Shown here one piece after another: positions 10,403 through 19,346 of a DNA stretch of 64,000 nucleotides. Every line of letters begins with the position of its first letter. The stretch's first letter is position 1. The DNA is from a virus (Duplodnaviria > Caudoviricetes): positions 7,508 to 71,507 of the IMG/VR virus record IMGVR_UViG_3300005615_000001, one strand, 5' to 3'. Below the pieces are notes generated by a model. The model worked only from the letters and a program-made list of their open reading frames with translations. It was not told the origin of the DNA and ran no database searches. A program made the translations under genes and the position numbers.

Positions 10403-10783
10403 TCACCCCATGACGGCATCCGGCGTATGCGCCTGCCGGAGGATCAACTCACGTGACTCTGGTCGGCGACCGACCAAAAAGCCGATCGCTAGGTACCGCG
10501 CCGCGTAGTAAGTATCACGCCAATTGCCGCCAGCGTCACCCACGTACAGGCTGAGCGTCTCTCCATTCCAATGCGTGCATGTGGGAATGGCGAACACCGA
10601 TCCGACGAAGAGGTGTGACAACTCTATCGCTTCAGCTTTGCTCTGCAGGCCAATCACGACGCAGAACGCGTTCCGCAGTCTCGCTTGCCTGTTGCCTTGC
10701 CCGGTCGTGTCAGCCCACGCATCCTCAATTTCGGCATCGGTGTAAACCGAGTAGTGAACGTTTCCTGCGGTAATCGTTTTCAC
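10403..10783 (-). CDS. hypothetical protein
   Basis: GTG start overlaps upstream TGA. Confidence 0.55.
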   Translation of the reverse strand: MKTITAGNVHYSVYTDAEIEDAWADTTGQGNRQARLRNAFCVVIGLQSKAEAIELSHLFVGSVFAIPTCTHWNGETLSLYVGDAGGNWRDTYYAARYLAIGFLVGRRPESRELILRQAHTPDAVMG

Positions 10784-11148
10784 TGGCCATCCCTCCGCCG
10801 CTTCCGCTCGGCGAGCATGATTTCCGCCAACGTATATGAATCTTCGGCTACGTCGGCGCATGCCTCCTTCCAGTCAAGTCTATGCACATTGGGCTGCCTC
10901 GCGGCGGCGAACCGCATCGCGCACTCGTCGAGAAAGGCAGCGTCGGAGAGGACGTCATCCGCAGTGAGCATCTCGCCAACCGTTACATCATCGCCGAGCT
11001 TATCGGCTAGAAGGTGCGCCGCCATTCGCTCGCGCGCTAAGACCTCATCGGCGGTATAGCCGTACCAGCCACGGCAGGAGCAGCCCCAGGTTGCGATACC
11101 CCGTGGTGCGAGGGAGTCATCGTAGAAGATGAGGTTGTGTTGAGCCAT
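10780..11148 (-). CDS. hypothetical protein (CSC/H motif)
   Basis: TACACT 7 nt before ATG. Confidence 0.6.
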   Translation of the reverse strand: MAQHNLIFYDDSLAPRGIATWGCSCRGWYGYTADEVLARERMAAHLLADKLGDDVTVGEMLTADDVLSDAAFLDECAMRFAAARQPNVHRLDWKEACADVAEDSYTLAEIMLAERKRRRDGQ

Positions 11149-11152
11149 GCCG

Positions 11153-11165
11153 CACAGTGTAGCAC
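11153..11165. repeat. CACAGTGTAGCAC regulatory 13-mer (copy 2)
   Basis: Exact copy in divergent intergenic gap. Confidence 0.75.
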
Positions 11166-11189
11166 GAACGCGCGTGAGAAGATACCTCC

Positions 11190-12701
11190 GTGCCAAACGA
11201 CACCGCCGAGTACCTGCGCCGCTACTCGAAAGCCGTCGCCGATCTTCGGGAGTACACCATCGTTGCGGACAACCGGAACGGCTCGTACATCGGCGAGACC
11301 ATCGACACCAAGGCGCAGCGGGAGCTCGACTCGCGACCGGGCGTCACGTGGAAGAGCGGGCAACGCGTTGTCGCGGAGGACGTGAGCGCTTCGCAGAATG
11401 TCATCGGCGCGAATCCCATCATCGTTGGACCGTCACCAAAAGATCAGCGGGGGACTTCTGAGACAACCCCGAGCGAGACGGCGACAAGTTTCACCCGGCC
11501 GTTCGTAGCGTCGATTGATCCTGACCCTGTGATTCTCGAGGCAGGCGGATCTGCCGCTTCTCAGATCATCAGCGGGAATGCCATCACGGAGGCGGGCGAG
11601 TACGTCGCGGGCGGTGGTGTTGGCGATGATCCGGTAGTCGTTGACGACTCTGCGCCGATCATCACGACGTCGAAGGTCACGCGGAGCATTCGCGCGGATG
11701 AGGACTCGCCGCTCGGAACATTCGATTTGGAGATTGATGGCGTTCGCATTCGGAAGGCGCTAGAGATCGTTGCTGCCGCCGTCGTCGCGGAGTTCGACGT
11801 GCTGGACACGATTTACGTGATCTCTGGCGGTGACTTGGTAGCGCTCAATCCTGCTGACCTGACGGTCATTCACACGTCGGCGATCGGTTCCTCGCCGTCA
11901 ATCTATGGGATCGCGCAGCTCGGCGACGCGATGCTCCTGGCCGGATATGACTCGTCGGTCGGTACGCTATTCGTCTTTGATCCTAAGCATCGGGCCTTCG
12001 AAGCGATCCCCGTCGAGTGGCCAGATGGCGAAGCTGCATACTTCATGGTTGCCGTCGATAACCTCGTCTGGTTCGGCGCGCGCGGCGCCGGGACGGTCAA
12101 GACGAATGCGGCTTCGATGAGTGCAGAGGGTGTCATCACGACCTACGAAATGGATGCGTCATCGATCGGGAATGATGTGCAGATCGTAGCCAACGAAGAC
12201 GTGCTGTGGATCGGCGACACTCACGCGAAACTCTTCCGATTCGACACAGGCGCGCTAACATCCTCATCGGTCGTGATGCCAGCGGCGCCGCACAGCGGGC
12301 TCGCAATGCACGCCGGTTCACTGTACGTGATCGCGCCGAGCACGGGGGCGCGCGTCTACCGACGTGATCCCGATACCGGGGCTGCGATTGCCGATGCTGC
12401 GCTGGCCGCGTCGGAGGTGTTCGCGTCGCTCGTCAGCGCCGGTGGCAAGCTGTTCGCGGTCTCGACGGACTTGGCCAACCACATCAAGGTCTACATGATC
12501 GCCGACGATCTGAGCACCGTTGATGAAGTGGCGTCGATTGATCACTTCGGCGGAGGGCTCGGCTTCGTTGCAACGGATGGCGCGGCCGTGTTCATCACAG
12601 GAGCGAGCACGTTCGTCTTCCGTGTTGACGGTGCCACTTACAACGTGACGAGCGTCACGCTCGCTGGCGAGACGGCGGCGGTGGCTTTCTTCACCGCATG
12701 A
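11190..12701 (+). CDS. tail protein with C-terminal beta-propeller-like region (candidate receptor-binding protein)
   Basis: 503 aa; repeated strand patterns (IYVISGGDLVALNP, LWIGD, LYVIAP). Confidence 0.55.
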   Translation: MPNDTAEYLRRYSKAVADLREYTIVADNRNGSYIGETIDTKAQRELDSRPGVTWKSGQRVVAEDVSASQNVIGANPIIVGPSPKDQRGTSETTPSETATSFTRPFVASIDPDPVILEAGGSAASQIISGNAITEAGEYVAGGGVGDDPVVVDDSAPIITTSKVTRSIRADEDSPLGTFDLEIDGVRIRKALEIVAAAVVAEFDVLDTIYVISGGDLVALNPADLTVIHTSAIGSSPSIYGIAQLGDAMLLAGYDSSVGTLFVFDPKHRAFEAIPVEWPDGEAAYFMVAVDNLVWFGARGAGTVKTNAASMSAEGVITTYEMDASSIGNDVQIVANEDVLWIGDTHAKLFRFDTGALTSSSVVMPAAPHSGLAMHAGSLYVIAPSTGARVYRRDPDTGAAIADAALAASEVFASLVSAGGKLFAVSTDLANHIKVYMIADDLSTVDEVASIDHFGGGLGFVATDGAAVFITGASTFVFRVDGATYNVTSVTLAGETAAVAFFTA

Positions 12702-12936
12702 GTTGGCGCCGCACGTTAGCGTAAAAGGGTTCAACACTGCGGCCCACCGGCACTTCGTCCCACCACCACCACAGGCCATCGTGTTTGTGCTTTTCCATTG
12801 GCTCCGAGACGAGCACCCCGTAATCGACACTCAATCGGTGATGCAGGCCGTCAGGAATGTAAGTGTCCCCAGGCAACTCCGGATGCATCGCTGCGCAAAC
12901 GATCGGCGATCCACCTGGGCGAATTCGGACAGCCAT
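12691..12936 (-). CDS. hypothetical protein
   Basis: GGAGAAG SD; coupled to upstream stop. Confidence 0.55.
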   Translation of the reverse strand: MAVRIRPGGSPIVCAAMHPELPGDTYIPDGLHHRLSVDYGVLVSEPMEKHKHDGLWWWWDEVPVGRSVEPFYANVRRQLMR

Positions 12937-13151
12937 CACTTCTCCTTCACGCCAGCCGCCCTCAGACGCTCTGCTGCGCTGTGCCACGCCTCATCCTCAG
13001 TGTCTCCGCTGCCAGCAATGGCGCTGAGATACGGCGCAAGTGTCACAATCATGGCGGTGCGCTCAGCAGTGCCAGGCCAATAGAGTTGGACCGGCCCGAA
13101 GCAAGTAGCGTCAGACGCAACGGACAATACGTACTCTTTCTCGGTCATCAC
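12936..13151 (-). CDS. hypothetical protein
   Basis: 71 aa; coupled to both neighbours. Confidence 0.55.
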   Translation of the reverse strand: MMTEKEYVLSVASDATCFGPVQLYWPGTAERTAMIVTLAPYLSAIAGSGDTEDEAWHSAAERLRAAGVKEK

Positions 13152-13864
13152 TTCTCTTTCGCTCCGCGCTTTCTGCCGGGTCGCTTCTCTTCTGCGGCAT
13201 TGCGCTCAGTGACCACGGCGGCCACACGGGATGGCAGTCGCGACTGACCGCTGCGTGGTTCAACGCCGTGTGCACCGCTGAGGAGCAAGTGCGCGTTCTG
13301 TGTGTCTCGGTAAAGATCAATGAGCAACGCAAGCGCTCGCTCCAAACTTAGCCCCGAATGTTCCTGCGGAAGGAGTCGCCCGATGCTGTCGGCTCGCTCT
13401 TGCAACGCATCCGCCCGCGCGGTGGCTACGGCAAGTTCCGCCGCAAACCGTCGCCGCTCGACTTCCAATCCCTCCGCCAACTTCCGCGCCTCATCGAATT
13501 CGCGCGCCTGTACTTTCGCCGATTCGCACTGCCCAGCAAGGCAGAGGTGACGCTGCTCGACGAGGGTCTGCTTCGATGTCACCGCCACCTGATACAGGTC
13601 GCTCAGGCTTCGGATATCGCTACCGCCCAACATGTGCAACATCTGGCGCAGTCTATTGATACATTCGACCTCTCCCCACAAGCCGGACCTCACTCCGTTG
13701 GCTATATCTCCGTATGCGGCACGCAACAAGTCCTCGGTCGAAGTCCCGTCCGGCTGGGTCACCGCGATAGGCGGCGTTTCTCCCTGCTGGCCTGCGAACG
13801 TGATTCGCAAAGTTCCGTTGTCGAATGTCGCCTCACCCTGCTGCATCCGCTTCATGACCGTCAT
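13148..13864 (-). CDS. coiled-coil hypothetical protein
   Basis: 238 aa; GGAGG SD; TACACT box upstream. Confidence 0.6.
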   Translation of the reverse strand: MTVMKRMQQGEATFDNGTLRITFAGQQGETPPIAVTQPDGTSTEDLLRAAYGDIANGVRSGLWGEVECINRLRQMLHMLGGSDIRSLSDLYQVAVTSKQTLVEQRHLCLAGQCESAKVQAREFDEARKLAEGLEVERRRFAAELAVATARADALQERADSIGRLLPQEHSGLSLERALALLIDLYRDTQNAHLLLSGAHGVEPRSGQSRLPSRVAAVVTERNAAEEKRPGRKRGAKEK

Positions 13865-13880
13865 GTGCTGCCTCCGGTGA

Positions 13881-13893
13881 CACAGTGTAGCAC
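13881..13893. repeat. CACAGTGTAGCAC regulatory 13-mer (copy 3)
   Basis: Exact copy; TAGAAT follows on plus strand. Confidence 0.75.
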
Positions 13894-13914
13894 GGACATG
13901 CTAGAATGCGCGGC

Positions 13915-14718
13915 ATGGCGAGCGTCAGCATGTGCAGCATTCGCGAATCGGACATGTGGCTGATGCTGCCACCGGATGAAGCGCCGCCCGGTGCACTCGC
14001 AAACGCTCTCGCGGCGATGTACTTGAAAGACGGCTATGGCATCCGCGACGCGACCATGAATATCTGGGGGCTGTGCAACCTCGCCAGCGTCCACGTGTTA
14101 CGCGAGTTTGATCGGCAGGGCGGGCCGTGGGACCTGAAGTCTTTGGCCTGCTTGTTCGCCTACGGCAGTGGCTACTTCGACGAAGGAGATGACGGCGTGC
14201 CAGATTCGAAGAATCCCGTTCAAATCATGGACATCGACGCGCTCGTGGTGCGGTGGGTGCCGATCATTCGCGGGCTCTGTGTCGGGCACGACAAAGCCGA
14301 GATTGACCGGTGCGAGTTCGAATCGCAGGAGCTTCTTGCGCCGCTACTCGCCTGCCGGGTCAAACAGCTTCGCGAATTCTTCGACAAGCTATGCACGGCC
14401 CTGCGCAGCGATCCATCCATCCCCCTGTTCGTGCACACGATGTTTGATGCCTACAACGCTGGCGTCGTGCAGAAGGCGGCAGATCAAGACATTAAGCAGT
14501 TGAAGACGGCTCTCGCCGGCGAGATTGCCGATCTTGTCGAAGAGCAGGTGCGGCCGGATCTGAAGCAGGCTCTCATCGGCGCACTCCAGTGGCGCGGCGA
14601 GCGCGAGTTGACCGAGGTGCGCGATGCCGTGAAGAATGGCGCGAAGCCTCGCGTGCGCGGTCGCGAGTCCTGTCTCTTTCTCGAAGTGCCTGATGCTGGC
14701 ACTTGCGTCATGCTTTGA
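13915..14718 (+). CDS. hypothetical protein
   Basis: 267 aa; TAGAAT 7 nt before ATG. Confidence 0.6.
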   Translation: MASVSMCSIRESDMWLMLPPDEAPPGALANALAAMYLKDGYGIRDATMNIWGLCNLASVHVLREFDRQGGPWDLKSLACLFAYGSGYFDEGDDGVPDSKNPVQIMDIDALVVRWVPIIRGLCVGHDKAEIDRCEFESQELLAPLLACRVKQLREFFDKLCTALRSDPSIPLFVHTMFDAYNAGVVQKAADQDIKQLKTALAGEIADLVEEQVRPDLKQALIGALQWRGERELTEVRDAVKNGAKPRVRGRESCLFLEVPDAGTCVML

Positions 14719-14747
14719 GGGACGGTCGAACGTTGTAGACTTCCTTC

Positions 14748-16376
14748 GTGCCGCCGCTGCTCGCTCTCTACGATGACGATGATTCGCCACTCGCGGACTT
14801 CACCGTTTCGCAAGATGCGGGAACAGAGTCAGCGGCAATCGTTCTGAGATTTTGGAACGATAAAGCTGTATCGAATCCGGCTACGACAACGGCAGTCGGA
14901 AATCGGTTCAAAGTCCTCTCGCCGAAAATCATCGGCGCTAACGAAGACGGATCACCGATTTACGGCGCGCTCGCGAACTACGGCACGCCTGTCCTGGATG
15001 AGCGGTGGATTACTGCGCGCGTGCTCTCCTACCTGAGTCTTGATGACGATGATGCGGTGGTCGAATCGACTGAGAACGCGACCGGAACGCAGGCGATCGG
15101 CACGAACAGCGAACTGGCGATCGAGGACCTGCCGCCGCAGACAGGCGTGCGGATCGAGATCAAGGTCCGGACGCCAGCGAACCAACGCATCGACGCGCAA
15201 CCCATCACGTTCACACTCGAAGACAATCTCGCGTCGTCGCCGCTCGCACCGTTCACGACGCTCGCAACCGGCGCAGCCGTGATTCCTCCGGATCGCATAG
15301 CGGGCCTGCGGAGACTCGCCTTCGGTGGAACGGTCACGGCAGACGGCAGCGACACCGTTCTTGTGGACGCCGGACAACTTGTCTACGAAGGTGCAGGGAT
15401 CACCTTCCTCGGCGCTTTCATCGTCTTCGACTTGGAGGACGGGGATGCCGTGGAGCTCGACGCCGGAGAGAGCTACCTCGTCACCCTGTCGCTTACGCCT
15501 GTCGCTGGCATTGTCGCCACCAGGGGACCGAAGGCGGAGACCGCAGCGTACCCTGTCGCTCCGCTTGGAAACGTGGCCTTCGCGCGCCTCACTGCCGCCT
15601 CAGCCGACGGCGTGGCGGTAACGGTGGATCAGTCCTCCGTCGCGTTCCTCGCGCCGTACGCGGGATTCTACGCACGCGCAGGCGCAGGATTGACGGTGCT
15701 GGTCAGCCGCGGCGACAGCGTGACCCAGGACGTTCGGCAATATTTGCCGCGCGAGGTGCCAGTCAACGTCACCGCAAGTGAGACCAACCGCCTTTGGGTG
15801 CTCGGGGATGGCTCATGGGTGACCACCCTGACCGATACACCGCCCGAGTTCGGGGCGCTGCTCACGTGGCTTGCCGTGACCGATGCCACGAATGTCACGG
15901 AGTTGGTCGATGTCCGCCCCTTCGCCCACCGCGCGCTCACGATGTGGCATCACGAGGTGCGCTACGTCGGCGTGCTGTCCGACGTGGATGCGACCGAGGA
16001 TGCTGCGCCTTTCGATTGGCTCGTGTTGTACGAGGACACGGAGATTGAATCCGTGAGCGTTGATCTCTCCGGCGGCGCCGTGGAGTTCACGAGCGGCGCG
16101 CTGAAGGTCGATGTCCTCGTGCTTCCGCCCGGCGCGGACATCGAAGCCGACATCGACGACGCGGTGAGCATTTACACGGACGCCGCAACAGACGATCGCC
16201 GCCCGTCCATCGCATTCGACGCCACGGTGTTCCGCGCGGAATCACGCCTGCATCAGGTCCGGCGCGTAGCCAGCAACTCGCGCGTGCTGCTCCGGTTCGT
16301 GAGCACGTTCGGAGCCTCGGCACCGGAGGCGGCGAAAGAAGTGCGCGTCACTCTACACGGGCGCCGGTGGCGGTAA
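14748..16376 (+). CDS. minor tail/baseplate-fibre-like structural protein
   Basis: 542 aa, acidic and beta-rich; TAGACT 6 nt before GTG. Confidence 0.55.
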   Translation: MPPLLALYDDDDSPLADFTVSQDAGTESAAIVLRFWNDKAVSNPATTTAVGNRFKVLSPKIIGANEDGSPIYGALANYGTPVLDERWITARVLSYLSLDDDDAVVESTENATGTQAIGTNSELAIEDLPPQTGVRIEIKVRTPANQRIDAQPITFTLEDNLASSPLAPFTTLATGAAVIPPDRIAGLRRLAFGGTVTADGSDTVLVDAGQLVYEGAGITFLGAFIVFDLEDGDAVELDAGESYLVTLSLTPVAGIVATRGPKAETAAYPVAPLGNVAFARLTAASADGVAVTVDQSSVAFLAPYAGFYARAGAGLTVLVSRGDSVTQDVRQYLPREVPVNVTASETNRLWVLGDGSWVTTLTDTPPEFGALLTWLAVTDATNVTELVDVRPFAHRALTMWHHEVRYVGVLSDVDATEDAAPFDWLVLYEDTEIESVSVDLSGGAVEFTSGALKVDVLVLPPGADIEADIDDAVSIYTDAATDDRRPSIAFDATVFRAESRLHQVRRVASNSRVLLRFVSTFGASAPEAAKEVRVTLHGRRWR

Positions 16377-16556
16377 CACGCAGACATCGATGGAACGCCC
16401 CGCGATCTCGAAGGTCTGGTACGGGCCGCGATCGGTGCCTGAAGCACAAGGTTGAATGCGTGCCGAGCCTTGAAATTGCATCGCCCAAACCGACGGCATT
16501 TCGTACGCGGTTGTCCGACCATCATCGTGCAGCGCGAGCAGGAGGTAGGTGGTCAT
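16353..16556 (-). CDS. hypothetical protein
   Basis: Coupled ORF in reverse cassette. Confidence 0.45.
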   Translation of the reverse strand: MTTYLLLALHDDGRTTAYEMPSVWAMQFQGSARIQPCASGTDRGPYQTFEIAGRSIDVCVLPPPAPV

Positions 16557-16807
16557 GGCGCAAGGCACGGCGGGCAGCCGCCCTCGCATCCGGGAACACC
16601 GCACATCGTGCAGAGTGGCGTCACTTCGTCAGACTCCTCTTCCCTAGCGGCCTCTCCGACAATCCCTAGGAACTGTCGCTCACCACCGCGCGCAGGAATA
16701 AATACCCAGATGCGCAGAAGCTCGCGGCTATTGTCGGCGTACGTAAAGTTTTCCCAAACGGAGAACACCTTGCCAGGCGGGTGCGTCACGATCGTGTGGC
16801 GATTCAT
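16553..16807 (-). CDS. hypothetical protein with C-terminal CxxC...C...C
   Basis: ATGA coupling. Confidence 0.5.
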   Translation of the reverse strand: MNRHTIVTHPPGKVFSVWENFTYADNSRELLRIWVFIPARGGERQFLGIVGEAAREEESDEVTPLCTMCGVPGCEGGCPPCLAP

Positions 16808-17019
16808 CGCAGGCCAGCGTAGTACGCCTTGAGGCGTTCCACGTCCCATTCGCAGGCGGCGAGCGAGCGAAGCGACACGTTGAAGTCGTGAACCTTGCCG
16901 CCATCGATCAGCGCTCGCGCCTCTTCGATGCTGTAGACCTTGCCCGAGTCGTCAACGATGCTGTAGTCGCTCGCCGAGTTGAGATAGAGATTGAGTTCCG
17001 CTTTCTTCTTTCTCTTCAT
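16804..17019 (-). CDS. hypothetical protein
   Basis: ATGA coupling. Confidence 0.55.
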   Translation of the reverse strand: MKRKKKAELNLYLNSASDYSIVDDSGKVYSIEEARALIDGGKVHDFNVSLRSLAACEWDVERLKAYYAGLR

Positions 17020-17255
17020 GCGATGCTCGCGATCTTGCCGCTCGGGTATTTGCGAATGAGATAGCACGCGTGGCAGGCGGTTTCGTGGAACACATGATCG
17101 CCGTCGCAGCCCGATTCGCGAGCGTCGGCAACGCGCGTCTCCAACTCCTCGGCGTACTGCCGCAGGAACAGATCGTTCTCGTCGCGCTCAAGCTGAATCA
17201 TCAGCCATCCGATGCGCTCGTTGTTGCTCTTCCAATGCCGATCAAACGCGCGCAT
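17016..17255 (-). CDS. hypothetical protein (C...H...CxxC)
   Basis: Coupled ORF. Confidence 0.5.
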   Translation of the reverse strand: MRAFDRHWKSNNERIGWLMIQLERDENDLFLRQYAEELETRVADARESGCDGDHVFHETACHACYLIRKYPSGKIASIA

Positions 17256-17457
17256 CTTCTGCCTCGTCTTTCATCGCCAAGTTGAAGTTAATTGCGCCAG
17301 TCATCGCGTTCTCACGCGCGAGTTGCCGCAGGCCGAGATGCGAGTTACCGACGCCTTTGTATCCCAGCAACCAGAACTTTATGCAGTCGTTGCAGAAACA
17401 CTCGCCGATGTCTTTCAGGATGAAGCGACAGGCGCGGAAGCTGTACGGCTCGCTCAT
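17242..17457 (-). CDS. hypothetical protein (CFCNDC)
   Basis: Coupled ORF. Confidence 0.5.
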   Translation of the reverse strand: MSEPYSFRACRFILKDIGECFCNDCIKFWLLGYKGVGNSHLGLRQLARENAMTGAINFNLAMKDEAEDARV

Positions 17458-17696
17458 GACGTAGCCTTCGCGTTGAAGTTGAACGGCTGAGCTATGGTTC
17501 CGATTGGGAACGCCACCGGTTCATCGTGTGGCCCCATGAGGCGGATTTCATGATCGCGCTTTTCGTAGCCCTGATCCTCGCGGCAGCACAGCACGCAAGG
17601 CTCGACAACGTTCACGCGAATCTCGCCGCCCTTCTCTGAGGCCAACTCGAATGCGCGCTCCCAGGTGTCAACGTGGTAGATCATTGAATTCGTCAT
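17454..17696 (-). CDS. hypothetical protein
   Basis: TATATT 6 nt before ATG. Confidence 0.6.
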   Translation of the reverse strand: MTNSMIYHVDTWERAFELASEKGGEIRVNVVEPCVLCCREDQGYEKRDHEIRLMGPHDEPVAFPIGTIAQPFNFNAKATS

Positions 17697-17776
17697 GCGA
17701 CCAATATACGCACTCGCCGTCAAAGATCCGTATCGCGCAGCGTGAAAAGATCGTGAAATCGCATCCGCGCTACACT
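17694..17776. promoter_or_regulatory. bidirectional promoter cassette, copy B
   Basis: 63/69 nt identical to 2918-2986; TACACT 6 nt before ATG 17783. Confidence 0.75.
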
Positions 17777-17782
17777 CTGCCG

Positions 17783-18403
17783 ATGCGAAAGCTCATCCTC
17801 GCCCTTCTCCTCGCCGTGCCCGTCCTCGCGCAGACCACGCGCACGAAGCAGATCGTGCTCCGCTGCACGGCTGCGTCACGCCTCTCCGTCAGCGGGGAAA
17901 CCATCATCTACAAGGACTGCGATGACGGCAAAACCTACCTCTCGAGGGACGGTGCGGCGTTCGCGGAGGTGGCGACCGGCGGTGTCGCCAGCACGGCGGT
18001 CGGTGTCCGCGTCACGAACACCACGAACACCGACCTGACCAATTCAACTAACACCGCCCTGACGTGGGACACCGAAGCACGCGACGAGGACAACTTCCAC
18101 AGCACGGTCACGAACACCGACCGGCTGACCACGGACACGACCGGCTGGCATTCCATCGCCGGGAACATCACGTACCTCGCCAACGGCACCGGGGCGCGCC
18201 AGTGCGGGATTCAGATCAATGGCACGACTTACGTGGCCTACGCCTTCGTCCCCGCCGCCAGCGGCTTCTCGACCGGCATCACGTGCACGGCGCTGGTCTA
18301 CCTGACGGCGGGCGACTATGCGAAGCTGGTCGCGTTCCAGGATTCGACGGGGACGCTCGCCGTTAACGCCGCGTTTACGTCGTTTTCGATGGTTCGCTAC
18401 TAG
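17783..18403 (+). CDS. signal-peptide protein with C1q/TNF-like phage fibre tip domain
   Basis: MRKLILALLLAVPVLA-Q signal; LTWDTE..D..NFHS..TDRLT...GxY jelly-roll pattern. Confidence 0.6.
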   Translation: MRKLILALLLAVPVLAQTTRTKQIVLRCTAASRLSVSGETIIYKDCDDGKTYLSRDGAAFAEVATGGVASTAVGVRVTNTTNTDLTNSTNTALTWDTEARDEDNFHSTVTNTDRLTTDTTGWHSIAGNITYLANGTGARQCGIQINGTTYVAYAFVPAASGFSTGITCTALVYLTAGDYAKLVAFQDSTGTLAVNAAFTSFSMVRY

Positions 18404-18542
18404 GCTCATCCTCCGGGCGAAGCAGGAAGTCCAGCGCATCGAAGGCATCTGCCGAGGTGCATTCCTTGCTCTCCTTCTCCAACCCAACCTCCGCCATCGT
18501 CCAAGCCAAAAGGCACGCATTCATCCATCCTTGACGGTCCAT
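18375..18542 (-). CDS. small hypothetical protein
   Basis: AGGAGG SD; 55 aa. Confidence 0.4.
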   Translation of the reverse strand: MDRQGWMNACLLAWTMAEVGLEKESKECTSADAFDALDFLLRPEDEPSSEPSKTT

Positions 18543-18601
18543 GTTCTCTTTCCTCCTGCTAAGAAAGACACGGTTCGCCCGAATTCGTGGCGTTTCGCCC
18601 G

Positions 18602-19309
18602 TCAACTTTCTGCGGTGACGATGGGCGAGGGATCGCCTCTCCGTCGCTCAAACCAGACGATGCAGAGCGACAGACCTTCCTCGTAATTCGTGAAGTGCCA
18701 TCGAAGTTGCACATACGATCCGTTCGAATGCCGGTATCGGTTGACGACCTCTCCACCTTTGATCCAAGCGAGGGACTCGGTTGCCGTCGTGTCGGGCATG
18801 TCGGCTGGATGGATCAGGGATTTCCAACCGGCCGTGATCACTTCTTCTACGGTTCTGCCGATGGCGTCAGCGAACGTGCGGTTGACGTAGACGAACCGAC
18901 CTTCTTCTGCGATTGAGCTCAGCACGATGCCATCACGGCATTTGTCCAGCACGCGCCGCACGCCCGGCGACAGCTTTTCGATCTTCGCGGCGATCTGAAG
19001 CGACGGCAACGCCGCCTCGAGCTTCGCGCACTTCTGGACTGCAAGCCCGAGCTCAGCCATCGTCGCCGCATGCTTCCGGCGCTCATCCGTCAGGCGGTCC
19101 TGGCAGTCGTCTTCCTGATCACGCGACGATTCAAGTTGATCACGATACATGTCGATCTGGTCGTGCGCTGACTTCAGATCTGCCAGCAGCCGAGAGATTG
19201 ATTCAACCTGAGAAGCCGTCTCGCGTGATCCCGTTTCGCGGTGCTTGAGCCACAATCCAGCGAGGGCTGCAGCCCCCATCAGCAGGGCGGTGATTTCGGC
19301 GACCGTCAC
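18602..19309 (-). CDS. TM-coiled-coil-PAS domain protein
   Basis: N-terminal TM, heptads, then DGIVL...GRFVYVNRTFADAIGRTVEEV...WKSLIHPAD...RYRHSNGSYVQLRW (PAS/PAC). Confidence 0.8.
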   Translation of the reverse strand: MTVAEITALLMGAAALAGLWLKHRETGSRETASQVESISRLLADLKSAHDQIDMYRDQLESSRDQEDDCQDRLTDERRKHAATMAELGLAVQKCAKLEAALPSLQIAAKIEKLSPGVRRVLDKCRDGIVLSSIAEEGRFVYVNRTFADAIGRTVEEVITAGWKSLIHPADMPDTTATESLAWIKGGEVVNRYRHSNGSYVQLRWHFTNYEEGLSLCIVWFERRRGDPSPIVTAES

Positions 19310-19346
19310 GCCGCAAGGGTACGCGAAACCGGTATGATTTCCATGG

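Noticed and set aside
13358-13963. 201-aa plus-strand ORF opposite 13148-13864
   Set aside because: Shadow of a coiled-coil gene that has its own SD and promoter.
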